Source of the DNA: Octopus sinensis | Lineage: Eukaryota | NCBI RefSeq assembly: GCF_006345805.1 | Contig: NC_042997.1 | Coordinates: forward strand, 118,668,001 to 118,732,000 | Direction of reading: 5' to 3' | DNA length: 64,000 bases | Shown here: positions 38,799-52,769 of the stretch, in pieces | Position numbering within the stretch: position 1 is the first letter of the stretch | How the letters are laid out: every line of letters starts with the position of its first letter | The notes under the pieces: generated by a model | Seen by the model: only the letters and a program-made list of their open reading frames with translations | Told to the model about the DNA's origin: nothing | Databases searched by the model: none | Translations under genes and position numbers: made by a program

Positions 38799-39689
38799 AA
38801 ATAAGGGTAGAAATTGATATTAATCAATTGAAACCAGTGGCTTAGTACATTTTAAAAAAATTCGAAGATTAAAAATTGTGTTACATACAAAATATAGACG
38901 AATGACCACTAAAAGTGGACAGCCTATATGCTAAACATATACGTCACATCGCCATTACCACGAAGAATGTGTTCTCAAGAAAAAAATCGCTCCAAAAATC
39001 AAAATGTAAAAATAAGCAAGACAAATAAAAATATACGAAATAAAAAAAAACCATTACCTATGTACCATTGGTTTCACTTGATAATATTTACGTATATGGA
39101 CACGCAAACATGTGCGAGATCATCAGCATAGTCTGTCGTTTACAAAACATAATTTCCAGAACTAGATAAAGAACGCTCAACCAAAATCCAGTATGTATAA
39201 AGTTCTACAATTTATATTTTGGTGTATCATTCAAATGTCTTCACTTTGGCGCGCTGAGATCGGAAATTACTCAGCAGCTAATAAACTACAGCAGTCAATT
39301 TACCAGTTAGAGAACAGCTTTTCACTTAAAATCAAATAAGGGTAGAAATTGATATTAATCAATTAAAACTAGTGGTTCAGCATATTTTAAAAGGTCCGAA
39401 GATTAAAATTTGTGTTACATACAAAATTTAGAGGACTGACCACTAAAAGTGAACAACCTATATGCTAAACATAAACGTCAGATCGCCATTACCACGACAG
39501 ACTATGCTGATGATCTTGCAGATGCTTGCGTGTCCATATACGTAAATATTAACAAGTGAAACCAATAGTACATAGGTAATCGTTTTTTATTACGTATATT
39601 TTCATTTGTCTTGCTTATTTTTACATTTTGGTTTTTCTTGAGAACACATTCTTCGTGGTAATGGTGATTTGACGTCTATGTTTAGCATA
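38799..39689. repeat. Direct + inverted partial duplication module (pLTR-like)
   Basis: 38,799-38,963 repeated directly at 39,334-39,497; ~38,926-39,139 repeated in inverted form at 39,494-39,689. Confidence 0.75.
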
Positions 39690-39694
39690 AGTTG

Positions 39695-40335
39695 CGGAAT
39701 GTTTATGGAGAGGAGTGTATGAACCGCACACAAGTGTACATCTTCTCAGACGTTTCCAAGATGGCCGAAAAAATGTCGATATTGATGAAAGTTCTGGGAA
39801 ATCCGTAACCAGTAGAACTGAGAAAAATACCGTAGATATACTTGAAGCTGAGGGGAAATCGTCGAATCACCATCCGTGAGTTATCAGAGGATGTGCAAAT
39901 TAGTTGCAGATAATTTAGTCCATTATCACTGAAGATTTGTGTACGAGAGGCGTGTCTATCAATTTTGTGCCAAAACTGCTTTCAACTGAACGAATAGACA
40001 CTTGGGTTTCAGTTGAACAATCTCTCCTTGATTGTGTCGAAAACGATGTAATTTTTTTGAAAACTTTGCATACAACTCTGAGCAGTTATTGCCAAGTTTT
40101 TGACAACATTTGATGGAAATTCTCTTCTCAACTTTAACTGCCATGGTCAATGCGATGATCATATGCTGCACAAGTTCCTTCCAAGCACTGCTGTAAACAG
40201 CGGAAGTGAAATAAAATATTAAGCCTCCGTGCACTTGCACAGCAGAGTTCAAGGTCAATCTGTGTCAAGCGGCTTTACTCTGTGTGCTTTAGCTTCGTTA
40301 CTAAGGCAACAGTCTATATACTTATTGATCAGACA
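39695..40335. pseudogene. Rearranged mariner transposase relic
   Basis: Plus: VYGEECMNRTQVY..RRFQDGRKNVD...RRITIRELSEDV...FVPKLLS (39,700-39,980); minus: MAVKVEKRISIKCCQKLGNNCSELY (~40,125-40,050), the N-terminus in opposite orientation. Confidence 0.7.
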
Positions 40336-40369
40336 ACATATAGCTGTCTGATGGGGTTTCCATAAAATT

Positions 40370-40545
40370 TCGTCTGTGTGGGTTTCCATACAGTTTCGTC
40401 AATTAAATCCGCTCACAAAGCATTGGTTGGCCCGAGTCTCTAGTAGAAGCTACTTGCCTAATATACTGCGCAGTGGAACTGAATCTAGAGTCATGCGGTT
40501 GCAAAACGAGAATCTTAATCATACAAATATGACTGCACCTCTTCG
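40370..40545 (-). mobile_element. SINE family B, 5' half
   Basis: ctcacaaagcattggttggcccgag...tagtagaag (reverse of the family B head/body). Confidence 0.65.
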
Positions 40546-40719
40546 TATTTGGGTAATTTCTCCATTTTCTTCAATTCAACCTTATAATATATACTATTGA
40601 ATAAATATCACATTGAAGGTGGCGGTGCGTCAGTAACTGTACATAAGTGTTTTTGTGTATATATGTATGTGTGTGTCTCATACACACACATGCATACATG
40701 TTTATTTACTCCGGCAATG

Positions 40720-40789
<70 letters not shown>

Positions 40790-40924
40790 GCTGCGCAACG
40801 TTATTGAGTAAACATCCTTTCCCTTTCAAACATTAAACAAGTATATATTAAAAAACACATACACTCATATATGCGCAACCGTCCCACTCAAGGATATATC
40901 TCTCTCCCAACCATACATAAGTAC

Positions 40925-40986
<62 letters not shown>

Positions 40987-41508
40987 GTGTGTGTGTGTGT
41001 GTGTGTATAAAAAATATATATATGAATGTACAGGAGAGAGGTGGAGGGAGAAATATAGATAGATGTGTTTGTGTATGTGTAATTACATGCATGCAATATT
41101 CCTATGCATTCAATTACAGTATGTTTACTTTACAGACTAAAAACTAGTAAAAAATGGCGGCATCATATGGAGTTATGTAAGTAAAAAAAAATGTCGTTTA
41201 CTTAGATTTACATATTTTCTACCTAGTTATCTTATTTTCTTCTGGTTAACTTTCTAAGTGCAGTTCATAGGATGTAGCCACTTTTGCTATTTAGTTTCTA
41301 ATACTATTTGCTTCTTGGATATATTGGTTGCAATATGATACACATAATGATCATTAGTTATTTTGCCTTGCCATACATATTGAGTCTGATATGTATATAT
41401 TTTTATACATCTGTTTCTGGTTTTCAGCCTGTCTGTCAGGCTCTCTGTCTGTCAATCTGCGTACCCAGCTAACTACCAACTTCTCTCCCTCTCTCTGACT
41501 CTCTCTGA

Positions 41509-41546
<38 letters not shown>

Positions 41547-41569
41547 TATATATATCCCTCTACCTACCT

Positions 41570-41830
<261 letters not shown>

Positions 41831-42049
41831 CTAAAGTAATGGTAATGTCTTCCCTATATATCGTATAATTGAAAATCTTTTTCCCAAATATATTACACTT
41901 CATATTCAAGTCTCCGATCGAGCTGTAGGATGTTGTTCAGGAACTCATCTATGAGTTTACTGCATCTTATAGAAGAAACAGTTGTAAGATAATGAAGTCG
42001 ATAACATAACCGCATTTTTCTTTGTTATATGATTTTTTTTATTTATGTA

Positions 42050-43110
42050 TATTATTCAGTTTTATTTAAAGATTTATTACTAATAGAGAAAGAGCCCGTT
42101 TCTAACCTAGTTCCAAGGTTCCTTCATTGGAATTTCAACAATATCAACAGGGTATTTTTGTAGTTATGAATGTATGTGAGCAGGTTTGTTTCATGCATGT
42201 ATTTTCATGCATATAGTTCCATATCTAGACGTGCTCATATATACTTAAATGAGAAGCTTCTAGAAAATTTTACAGATTTTACAGTTCCAATGATGGCTTG
42301 TATCTATAGTGTTCTAATCAGCGTTCTTTCTGATTTTGAGAAACCTAATTTCTCAAGACCTAGACAGTGTGTTACATATCCCAGTGTCCCAATAATTACT
42401 AGTATTTTAGGTGGCGAGCTGGTAGAAACGTTAGCATGCCGAGCAAAATGCTTAATGGTAGTTCGTCTGCCGTTACATTCTGAGTTCAAATTCCGCCGAG
42501 GTCGTCTTTACCTTTCATCCTTTCGGGGTTGATTAAATAGGTACCAGTTACACAGAGGGTCGATGTAATCGACTCAATCCCTTTGTTTGTTATCTCTATG
42601 TTTAGCAACCCCCGTGGGCAATAAAGAAACAAATAATTACTAGTATAAATCTGAACTTACAGTCGGATATAAAATCTGCAGATTTCTCAATAGTTCAGCG
42701 TAGGTATACTCTTTTTCACTGATCTTCAGCTTTATGTTCACATCCGCTGGGCAGCTGATTTCCACAACTATACGCAGTTTCCCTTCTCTGTTACCAAGCA
42801 TTATATCAGTTTTGTTGTATTTACATTTTATTGAAGCTTTCACTGGGTCACTCCACCAGCACTCCTCCTTTATTACGAGTGGCTATGGCTTCTACCATAC
42901 TCCGAGTTCTGATGTCGTTGTCCACGGCGTTATCCTTTCGACGGATCTTGTTATACACTGGCATAACTACAACATCTTGTCTCATCGGTAGCTAATAGCA
43001 TGATGACATTTTCGGACAACTGCTTATGAGTTAGGAATAACTGCAGTTTTAACTCCACAAAGTCTGCATCGGTTATCACATTTTACTGCTTTTCATGCAT
43101 TCCTGTGCAT
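42050..43110 (-). mobile_element. 5'-truncated RLE-type LINE (CCHC + RLE + 3' UTR), interrupted by a SINE
   Basis: CRLCGVKTAV...; TDIMLGNREGKLRIVVEISCPADVNIKLKISEKEYTYAELLRNLQILYP; 3' UTR matches 27,640-27,980. Confidence 0.8.
42406..42631 (+). mobile_element. SINE family A with 15-bp TSD
   Basis: TSD aataattactagtat at 42,391-42,405 and 42,632-42,646; A-box-like tggtagaaacgttag, B-box-like gagttcaaattcc. Confidence 0.9.
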
Positions 43111-43989
43111 CAGGGATAACATAACCAATATAAAAACAAACAAACAAATAAAGCCAACAATTTGTTTCGACTTATATACATTATTTGATTTATAAACAAT
43201 TCATATCTATGTATACAAGTCTCTTCATGGCCTTGGTTCAAAAAGACAGACGAAATTCTATGTAAAAGGACTGCGAGTTTGATAATACTGATTTGAAATA
43301 CCAATGTTTAGGAACGTGCGAGTTAATAATTGAAATACATAATAAGTACAACAAAAGAACAAAATTGAAATTGATAAAATAATTAAATAAAGAAAATTTA
43401 TAACAGTCAAAATATGTTTTTATATATCGCCAATAATAATAATCTCAATATATTTAAATCGAAAGTAATCAGCGACCATTTTAATGATATATAACAATAA
43501 TAACATATAAATATATAAATATATATATATAAATAAAGCACCAGCGTTTTACTTACTTTTAGAGACGGATAATCGTGTAAATCAATATTTATTCTATAAA
43601 TATAGCTATACATGTTCGAAAGAACGTATTTGTAGTATATCAACTAACTATATATTTATATGTACTACTTTTCATATACTTATGATTACCTAATGAAAAT
43701 ACATATACATTATATATAACGATAATGTGTAATAACTCCTCTCATTTATTTATTGTTATTGATATAAAGATTATTCAAAATAACTAACAAATAATGGTTC
43801 TTAGTTACGTAGTTTATCGAAGGGAGAACACCGCAAATTAAAATAAACAAAAAAAGAAAAAAAGAACTTGGTTCTACGATAATCATAATGTACTAGCTGG
43901 ACCCGTGAAAAATTCATGGAAAACATAAAAAAAATGTGGGCATCTCTAAACAGTGTACAGGTGTCATGAGAAATGTTTGTATTTTGTGA

Positions 43990-44140
43990 GTGTCTATCTT
44001 TACGTTCTGAGTTCAAATTCTGCCGAAGTAGACTTTGCCTTTCGTCATTTCGGGGTCGATAAATTAAGTGCCAATTGTATACTGGGATCGATTTAATCCA
44101 CTGGCCCCCCACTCCCCACAAACAATTCAGGCCTAGAAGA
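43990..44140 (+). mobile_element. SINE family A fragment
   Basis: acgttctgagttcaaattctgccgaagtagactttgcctttcgtcatttcggggtcgataaa. Confidence 0.7.
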
Positions 44141-44309
44141 TTTTATTGTGACAGTTACAGAATATAGAAAGTAATGTAACACGAATGACTATATAATCCA
44201 ACCAAAATATCTCAGTTGCACAAAAGTAAATGGAATACTATTTAACCTTAAAATACATTCTACATATTCAAAGAACCTTCTTGGTTTAGTGGTACGGAAC
44301 ATTTTCTGG

Positions 44310-44515
44310 TATTCTTTTATTCGTTTCAGTCATTTGATGGTGGCCATGCTGGAGCACCACCCTTTAGTCAAAGAAATTGACCCTAAACTTATTTCCTCTA
44401 AGCCTGGTGCTTATTCTATCAGTCTCTTCTGTCGAATAGCTAAATTGCAGGGACGCAAATGCACCAACATCGGTTGTCAAGCAATGGTGGTGGTGGGACA
44501 AACAAACATACATGC
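44310..44515 (-). mobile_element. SINE family B, 3' half
   Basis: ggccatgctggagcaccacctttagtc...caacatcggttgtcaagc. Confidence 0.75.
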
Positions 44516-44560
44516 ATACATGCATACATACATATATACATACATACATACATACATACA

Positions 44561-44591
<31 letters not shown>

Positions 44592-45169
44592 GGGACTTGA
44601 ACGGAGTGGTGAGGCCGGCTGGCTTTGTGGTTTGTTGGTATGCTAAGATAGATCCAGTGGGCCTCTAACTGGTTCCCCGATCTTAAAGGTGTGATGTGGA
44701 TGGATGTTCAATGATGACACATCAAAGATTCTAGCTTAAAAAACATAGAAAGAAAAAGACAAAGTTGTATTCCGAAGCCAAAGAATGTGTTTTAGCTGAG
44801 GTACAATTTTATAATGAAAACAAATTCAAAAATTTATATTTTGGAGCAAAACCCTTACCACGTTTTTTGGTGCATGGCTGCAGTTGAAATTGGTTAAAAC
44901 AAATATGTGTGCGTGTGTGTGTGTGTGTGAGTGTGTGTGTGTGTGTGTGTGTATACGCGCGTGTGTGTGTGTGTGTGTATACGCGTGTGTGTGTATGGTT
45001 GGGCCTTTAATAGCAGTTTAAGATCAGACGCAGAAAGGAATTCACAACGGCAACACGCACTATCATATACATACAAGCATACACATGCATGCACACATAC
45101 ACAAACACATACCTAGAGACAGATGCAGACAGACAAACAGACAGTAAGTGTTAGTCCACAGTGAAGTCT

Positions 45170-45208
<39 letters not shown>

Positions 45209-46112
45209 TACATGTTACTTTGCTACTAACTGGAATTTTCGTTTTGCACATGAAACGGAAAATAAAGCTGGAGAAGAAAAGCCTGTCGCAAAATGACTTC
45301 CGTAAAAGATGGAAGTCTATAGCAAGTATGTTCCGAGTGAAAGAACCTGTTTAAACAAGAATATAAAAAGCAGAAAGCAATGTCTTCAGTGTGAGCATGT
45401 GGTTTGTAGAGTCGACCGCGTCCTCTATTCATTTTTTGTAAATCACTCATTCTCATTTAATTGTATATATTTTAATTGTTTCTTTATTCATACGTTTCGT
45501 CTCATTCGATACCCTGACCGCAATGTTTGTTTTGTCTGTCCTCGTATCGTCCTCTCTTTTTCTCAACCTTATGATTAATAAAGAAATTGACTGGAATTGT
45601 TTTAGTTGTGTCTTCAAGCTCTTTCTCTCTCATTATCTCTCTCTCTCTTTCTCTCAGTTTTCTCCTGTTACTAAAACAATAAATGTCCAAAATGATTCAG
45701 TCTTTCAATTGAAAAACATACGAATATATTAGACAGTTTTTGTTTAGGATATGGCTTCGAGTATTTGCTGTGGTTGAAAACACAAAATAAACATCACCTT
45801 CCTTTCAATCACCACTCACTCCTCTCTCACATCTCGAGTTGTAGCTGTAATTGAAAGATACCAGCCTTGTCATATTCTCTGTGAGGCTGAATTTCCCTGA
45901 GAACTACGTTAATATTATCTATGTCTGTGGAGCACTCAGCCATTTGTGAATTATTTTTATCCTCGTGTGGTAATGTATGAACTTATCTTTGGATTTATGT
46001 ATCTACTGTCTCTCTCTCAGTTTCTCTCTTTCACTTGCTTTGTGTCCCTCTTCTCTCCCGCCTTTGATTTAACAATGTGTATATATATCTATGTATCTAC
46101 TTCTCTTGCGAT

Positions 46113-46400
46113 GAACGCCGTCACCACTCACTCTGTCTTTCACTCTCTCTCCTTCTCCTTCTCACTCTTTTTTCTCTCTCTCTCACTCTCACTCTCCTTC
46201 ATTCTTACGTCCTCTCTGAAACATTTAAAAAGACAAAACGAACTCCGTTACCACTCACTGTCTTTTTCACTCTCTCTCTCTCACTTTTTTTTTCTCTCTC
46301 TCTCTCTCACTCCCTTTCTCTCTTACATCCTCTCTGAAACATTTAAAAACACAAAACGAACACCGTCACTACTCACTGTTCTTTCACTCTCTTTTTCTCT
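46113..46400 (+). repeat. ~120-125-bp minisatellite with CT-rich spacers (about 2.5 units)
   Basis: gaac.ccgt.ac.actcactg at 46,113, 46,239, 46,358; tcctctctgaaacatttaaaaa repeated. Confidence 0.75.
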
Positions 46401-47004
46401 CTCACTCTCTCTTTCTCTCTCACTCTCTCACTTTATCTCTCACTGTCTCTTTCTCTCTCTATTTCTCTCTTACTTCCTCCTTGCCCTCCTCTCTCTCGCT
46501 TTGCCAATTCTTTGAAGTAAGTGTGACGCACACAACAAGTACGTACAAAAACAAAAACGTTAGTTGTTTGATATTATTGATAGTATTTCTTAGATAAAGA
46601 GATAATAAACTACAAATAAAAAAAATACATGTCTAAATTTCAGTAAGTCTTTCAGAAGTAACGAAATTAAAAGTATTGCAATATATATATACAAGTTCTA
46701 AAGTACACAATATTATGAAAATTATTAAAATTATGGAACCTAGTTTGTATCACAATTAATATATATATTTACGATTATTCAAAATTATATAATTATATGT
46801 AATACTTGTTGTAACCTACTTATTCATATTTACATAAATATTATTCCTAGAATAAATACCAAATTCCTTAGTTTATCAAAGGAAAAAAATATCGTTGCAA
46901 GTCAAAGTTTATATATTTATAAATAAAGTGGCTATATAAAAAGGCCGGAAATACGTACTTGGAAATAAATGTCTTTGATCTCAATAAGACATTATATAAG
47001 TTAG

Positions 47005-47006
47005 TC

Positions 47007-47082
<76 letters not shown>

Positions 47083-47125
47083 ATTATTATTAATATTATT
47101 ATTATTATTATTATTATTATTTTTA
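47005..47125. repeat. (TTA)n microsatellite
   Basis: Direct reading. Confidence 0.95.
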
Positions 47126-47965
47126 CTATTATTAATTGAAGAATTAAATCAATTTACTTATAAATGTATAATCATTTAGTACAACGAAAATAGCTTACTT
47201 AAGATTTATAATTAATATTCAACTACGATCATCACGATATATTTTGCAGTCAGTGCAAATATTTTAACTGGAACTTAATACGAAATATGAGTTAATCAAC
47301 TAAAAAGTTTTTTCGCGTACGTCCATATTATTACACAACCAAAAAAATTTAAATAAGCCTTTAGTTTCAATATAAGAAACTTACAAGTGATTCCGTATTA
47401 AGTTAAAACCTTATTTTCCTCAAGCAATAAAATTCACTTAGAATATGGAACTTGTAAATCGTTCATCATAATGAATAAATAAATAATCCGGCCTCAATGT
47501 ACTTTTGTTTAATACTTCAGCTTGTCAGAGCCTTCTAGAAGATATAAAAAAGAAGAAACCAGTCATGTTACTACAGTTGTCAAGAATTCAACTGTCAGTT
47601 AAATATATTTTGAAATTTGATGATTACTACGAACGTATAAAATCATTAATTGAACTTTACAAAATATTTTTAAAAATATTTAACACACTTCAACATTGTA
47701 AAAGTATTTTGTAAAATACAATAACGAAAAAAAAACCTTGAAGACCAGATCATGTTGTAACTTTACTGAATTGATATGTGTGTGTGTGTTTATATATACA
47801 TACTCATACATACGTATATCTATTTATGTGCCTCTATGCATGTGCATACATATGCGTGTGCTAGTTCATGAATCTATGTGCGCGCGGGTGTTTGTTTACA
47901 TTTTTAAATCGATGAAATTATTTTACTCTATGTAACAGACATGCCTCTTTGTGTGTACATGTGTA

Positions 47966-48017
<52 letters not shown>

Positions 48018-48581
48018 TGTGTGTGTGTTTTGTATGTGTTTGTGAAATTGATAAATATTATTTACGATAAAAATTCAATTTCACTTTCATTAAAATACTG
48101 ATGAATTTAGAGCTCACTACAGTTCACCGGCAGTTTGCTCCCATCTGCCTGGCTGTACTACCACTCCGTTTCTTGTTTTACTCTTTTCTCCCTAGCATAT
48201 TCGCAGTAAAGCCTTATACGTTTTCTATCTGCTTAAGCATCTGTCACAGCCACCCACATCTGCTTTGTCTGTTACTTTGCTCTTCTCTGCCTGCAGTATG
48301 ACCGACAGGAACACACTATACCCGTTATTATATTCGAAGATAATTATATAAGCACAACACATGACTGAAATGTAATTATACATATACATACATACACATA
48401 TATATATATATATTATATATATATATATATATATAATATATATATATATAATATATATATATATATTATATATATATATAATAAAATATTAGGGAATAAA
48501 TCCAAACTTAAATTAGTTTTATGTATTGGCTTATGTTTTTCATTGTTTGATTTGCCTAATAGTGGTTTTATCTCTAATTTA

Positions 48582-48620
<39 letters not shown>

Positions 48621-48701
48621 GCAGCGTGGAAGGTGTTTGTAAGCCATTTAGGAAACAAAACACACAAAAGCCGTTCGATTCACTTCAACATTTAAGTTTA
48701 A

Positions 48702-48751
48702 TTTGTCACAATATTTTCGTCGCTAAAATCCGCGACCTTTTCACTGACAAA
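48702..48751 (-). ncRNA. Hammerhead-like scaffold with non-canonical core
   Basis: Stem I TTTGTCA/TGACAAA; GTGAAAA; stem II GTCGC/GCGAC; GAAA; palindrome AATATT; position 17 = G. Confidence 0.4.
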
Positions 48752-49539
48752 AATCCGTACTGCATCTGAGAAAGTAACGGTTAGTTCGTCATATATATGT
48801 ACGTATGTATGTGTGTATGTATGTCTTTTGGATTGATGTCAGCCTGTTGGTATTGTATGTATATATATGTTGTTCTCGAACAACATAATCTAATCATGAG
48901 AGCGTTGCTGGAACGGTCTGGGTCATATCTGAGCAGAAGTAGAAGCTGCAATCTTTACACGGCGCAGACTAGAACCAATAAATAAATAACTAAATAAAAA
49001 TAATTAAATAAAAATCACGTTATCCCAGTGCCTTTCTAACTTCATCAAGAGAAATTTTCGGATGGTGTCCTCATGAGCGCACTGAACACATTTTTTGTTT
49101 TAACGAAATATTGATCAAGGGAACGACAACTATGTACACACACATAAATAACAGGTTTACAGGGACAATGGGAACATGAAATGAAAGCAGCATGAACACA
49201 ATTCAGAGCATTGATGGTGATTGCTTATTACAAGATTTTATGTGTTTTTTCCATAGGGATTAATCATACTCTTAAAACAACTAAGCCAGACATACACGTG
49301 TGGTGACAATAATAAAGGGAAACGGTGTAAAATCATCATTAACTCAATGCCAAATGGCAGTAGAGTGGGGATTATGAAAATTGAGAAAATTGCTCCTGTG
49401 TAAATATATGAAGTTGAGACCACATTCATACTACTAATTAAGAGGCTGCAGGATAACGTAACGGTGGGATAATGGGTCAGTCGACCCTCATAAAAAAGTG
49501 CTATCTTATATTCGACAAGAACAGTGAGAGATATTACAG

Positions 49540-49665
49540 TGGAGAAGAAGAAGAAGAAGAAGAAGAAGAAGAAGAAGAAGAAGAAGAAAAGAAGAAGAAG
49601 AAGAAGAAGAAGAAGAGAAGAAGAAGAAGAAGAAGTTGAAGAAGAAGAAGAAGAAGAAGAAGAAA
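49540..49665. repeat. (AAG)n microsatellite
   Basis: Direct reading. Confidence 0.95.
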
Positions 49666-50667
49666 AGAGAGAAAGAAGCAAAAAAGGAAGGAAGGGAGGA
49701 AAGACACAAAGAAAGGAGAGAAACAATTATAAATGTATGCATAACGATATTGATCTAAAAGTTTGGCACAGAATTAAGAAATAAAAAGATTCAATAACGA
49801 AAAAGATTGTAATATTCTTAGAAATAGCAATAATAATGATGCACTAGGTAAAGGAATGTAATCAACAGAAGGTACAAAAGTGGGTAATTAGGACAGAATG
49901 AACAACACAAAGATCAGGTGAGATGACTAGGAGATGAGAGAATATAGTGGGTGGAGGAGGAAAGTATGAGGACTGCGTCAGCGTGTAAAGAAGACAGCAT
50001 TTGACTGCGACATAGAGAAATTAACGAGAAGCGAAGTAGTAAAATTTTAGCAAATATACCATTAATGTGAGGTTGTTATACAAACTGCATTTGACTTTTG
50101 TTGCGATGCTGTAGGGCGTGAGGAAAATTCCAAAATTCGGATGATATTTGCGTGCATCATAAATTGAACTGATGCTTGTTTGTTACTTTAGGTAACACCC
50201 TGAGAGCCATGGTAGAATTAATGGATATCAATAACGAACAACATAAAAACCAATTAATAATTGATGATAGGAAAATGAATTAATATATAACGTACTGCTG
50301 GTTTAATAAATATTAATATGCTATAAATGAGTGAAATTTATTAGAACTTGGTGAGATTTATTCATGAAAAATAGATAAGCAAATAAAACAGATTCAAGAT
50401 TCTTGATAAAATTAAAACCATAATATATTATAATGAATTACTGAAACATATAAGCTAAACGAATGGATACACAGGACGTTTACAGAGTGTTTGGAGATGG
50501 TAATGAGGAGTTAAAATTAGTTATCTCGGTAAAAGAACTGAAATTAAGGATAAATAAACGAAAGAATGCTGGAAATAATGATAGTGCCAATAAAATACGC
50601 GAGAAATCGGTAATGTAGTGGCGCACGCTTAATACAGCATTAATGCCATTAAATGACAATAGGGCAA

Positions 50668-50818
<151 letters not shown>

Positions 50819-51239
50819 CGATAATGATAAAAGGATAATATGAGGGAACGGTAGAAGAAAAATAGAAGGATGTTATTTAGAAAACTTGAGAGCAAATATA
50901 TATAAAAATACAGAGCAAAAAACAAAAGGATGGATGTAAGGAAGCGATTGTTATGATAAAGCAGCAACAAAGAATTCAACAAATTTCACGTTTGCTATCC
51001 AGAAGTTATAAACTCTGCTTCTTTTCACCATCGTCTCAAATTCTAATTTGTGTGAAATTTACTATTTTTCATCGAAATGGGGGAAATGACCAAATTCTTC
51101 CTTTTTTTAAATTTAATCATATGTAAACATGTATCCAATCAACATATGATAAGGAGCGCTTCATCCATGACCATCCTGTAGTTTTAAGGTCTATCGGAGA
51201 CCATGTGATTGATTCCATGTGTCATTATTACGAAATTGA

Positions 51240-51830
51240 AGGTGCTGAGCTGGCAGAATCGTTAGCACGTCGGGCGAAATGCTTAGTAGTATTTCGTATT
51301 TCGTCTGCCGTTACGTTCTGAGTTCAAATTCCGCCGAGGTCAACTTTGCTTTTCAACCTTTCAGGGTCGATATATTAAGTGCCAGTTACGCACTGGGTCG
51401 ATGTAATCGACTTAATCCCTTTGTCTGTCCTTGTTTGTCCCCTCTATGTTTAGCCTCTTGTGGGTAATAAAGAAATAGGTATTTCGTCTGCCGCTAGGTT
51501 CTGAGATCAAATTGCGCCGAGGTCCAATTTGCCTGTTATCCTTTCGGGGTCGATTGAATAAGTACCAGTTACACACTGGGGTTAAGATAATCGACTTAAT
51601 CCGTTTGTCTGTCCTTGCTTGTCCCCTCTGTGTTTAGCCCCTTGTGAGCAATAAAGAAATAGGTATTTCGTCAGTCTTCACGTTCTGTTTTCAACTTCCA
51701 TCGCGATCGACTTTGCTTTTTAGCCTTTCGGTGTCGATAAATCAAGTACCAGTGAAACACTGAGGTCGATGTAATCGACTAGATCCCTCCCGCCAAATTC
51801 AGGCCTTGTGTCTTTAGTAGAAAGTATCAT
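51240..51830 (+). mobile_element. Head-to-tail trimer of SINE family A (only the first unit has the A-box head)
   Basis: Junction aataaagaaataggtatttcgtc at ~51,466-51,488 and ~51,650-51,672. Confidence 0.8.
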
Positions 51831-52769
51831 TTACGAAATTGAAGCTGACTTGAAAGGTAATTGTCTGCTACTTCTAGCATTTCGAGTGCACAGAAAGAAA
51901 CCTAGTTTAGAAAAACATGTTATCTAGTTATTTATTATTTTTTTTTATGTTTCAAATATTATATCCCTTCGTTCTAACACAATACATTCTGCTTCGAAAA
52001 GCAACACACTGAACAGTGTGTGGTTTATCAAGTTAATGCTTTTCTTATCTTACAGACATCGTAAATTTCCAGACCTTTGGAATAACAACTTTCAACTTTA
52101 CTAACCTACGGCACAAAATATATATCTTTCAGTAAATATGATTTCTGTCAGCAGAGTAAAGAGTTCTGATTTTTATTTTGTCAATGATTTGTTTTTCCTT
52201 CTTCTAAGACACGAACATGTACTTCAGTTGTATTTCTACTGAATAAATACATGCCAACACCACATGCTGCAAATATATTTCTTATTGTATTGGGTTCCTG
52301 GTCACAACAACCCTTGATTAAATTATTATGTACTTGTGGAAGCGGTTCTGGTGTGAGATATTGTAACCAATCAATACTTCAAAAATAAGTGAGGAGGTAT
52401 GGAGGTAACAGGTGTCATAAATCAAATATCACTTAATCGGAAATCAGCACGGTGCAAAGCTTTGTATTTTCATATATAATGTTGGAAATACCTTCTAACA
52501 ATAGCATTAACGTTCTAAAATATGTTACATGTTTTTTATTTGTCATGAACCGAGAGAATGTCGCGAACTTTAATTGATGGTGACTTAACCGTTAAGATTC
52601 ACTTTTCCTCTTAATATTGGTTTAAAATCTTACGGCAGAGGGTAAGTCGATTACATCGATCCCAGTGATCTACTGGTACTCATTTTATCGATCTCGAAAG
52701 GATGTAAGGCAAAGTCGACCGTGACACAATCTGCCCTCACAACATAAAGACGGAAGAAATGCTGTTATA

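Noticed and set aside
38805-38845. Hairpin AATTGAT/ATCAATT followed by GAAACCAGTGG
   Set aside because: No CUGANGA-like sequence upstream in either copy
45309-45400. Cys-rich stretch RTCLNKNIKSRKQCLQCEHVVC resembling a piggyBac C-terminal domain
   Set aside because: No upstream transposase similarity, TIR or TTAA boundary identified
46113-46400. CRISPR-like repeat/spacer appearance (also the 88-bp tandem at 37,284-37,459)
   Set aside because: Eukaryotic context, long degenerate units, low-complexity or identical spacers, no cas genes
49238-49530. Non-repetitive hydrophobic tail of the 162-aa minus ORF
   Set aside because: No recognisable motif, and the start lies in an (AAG)n-derived region
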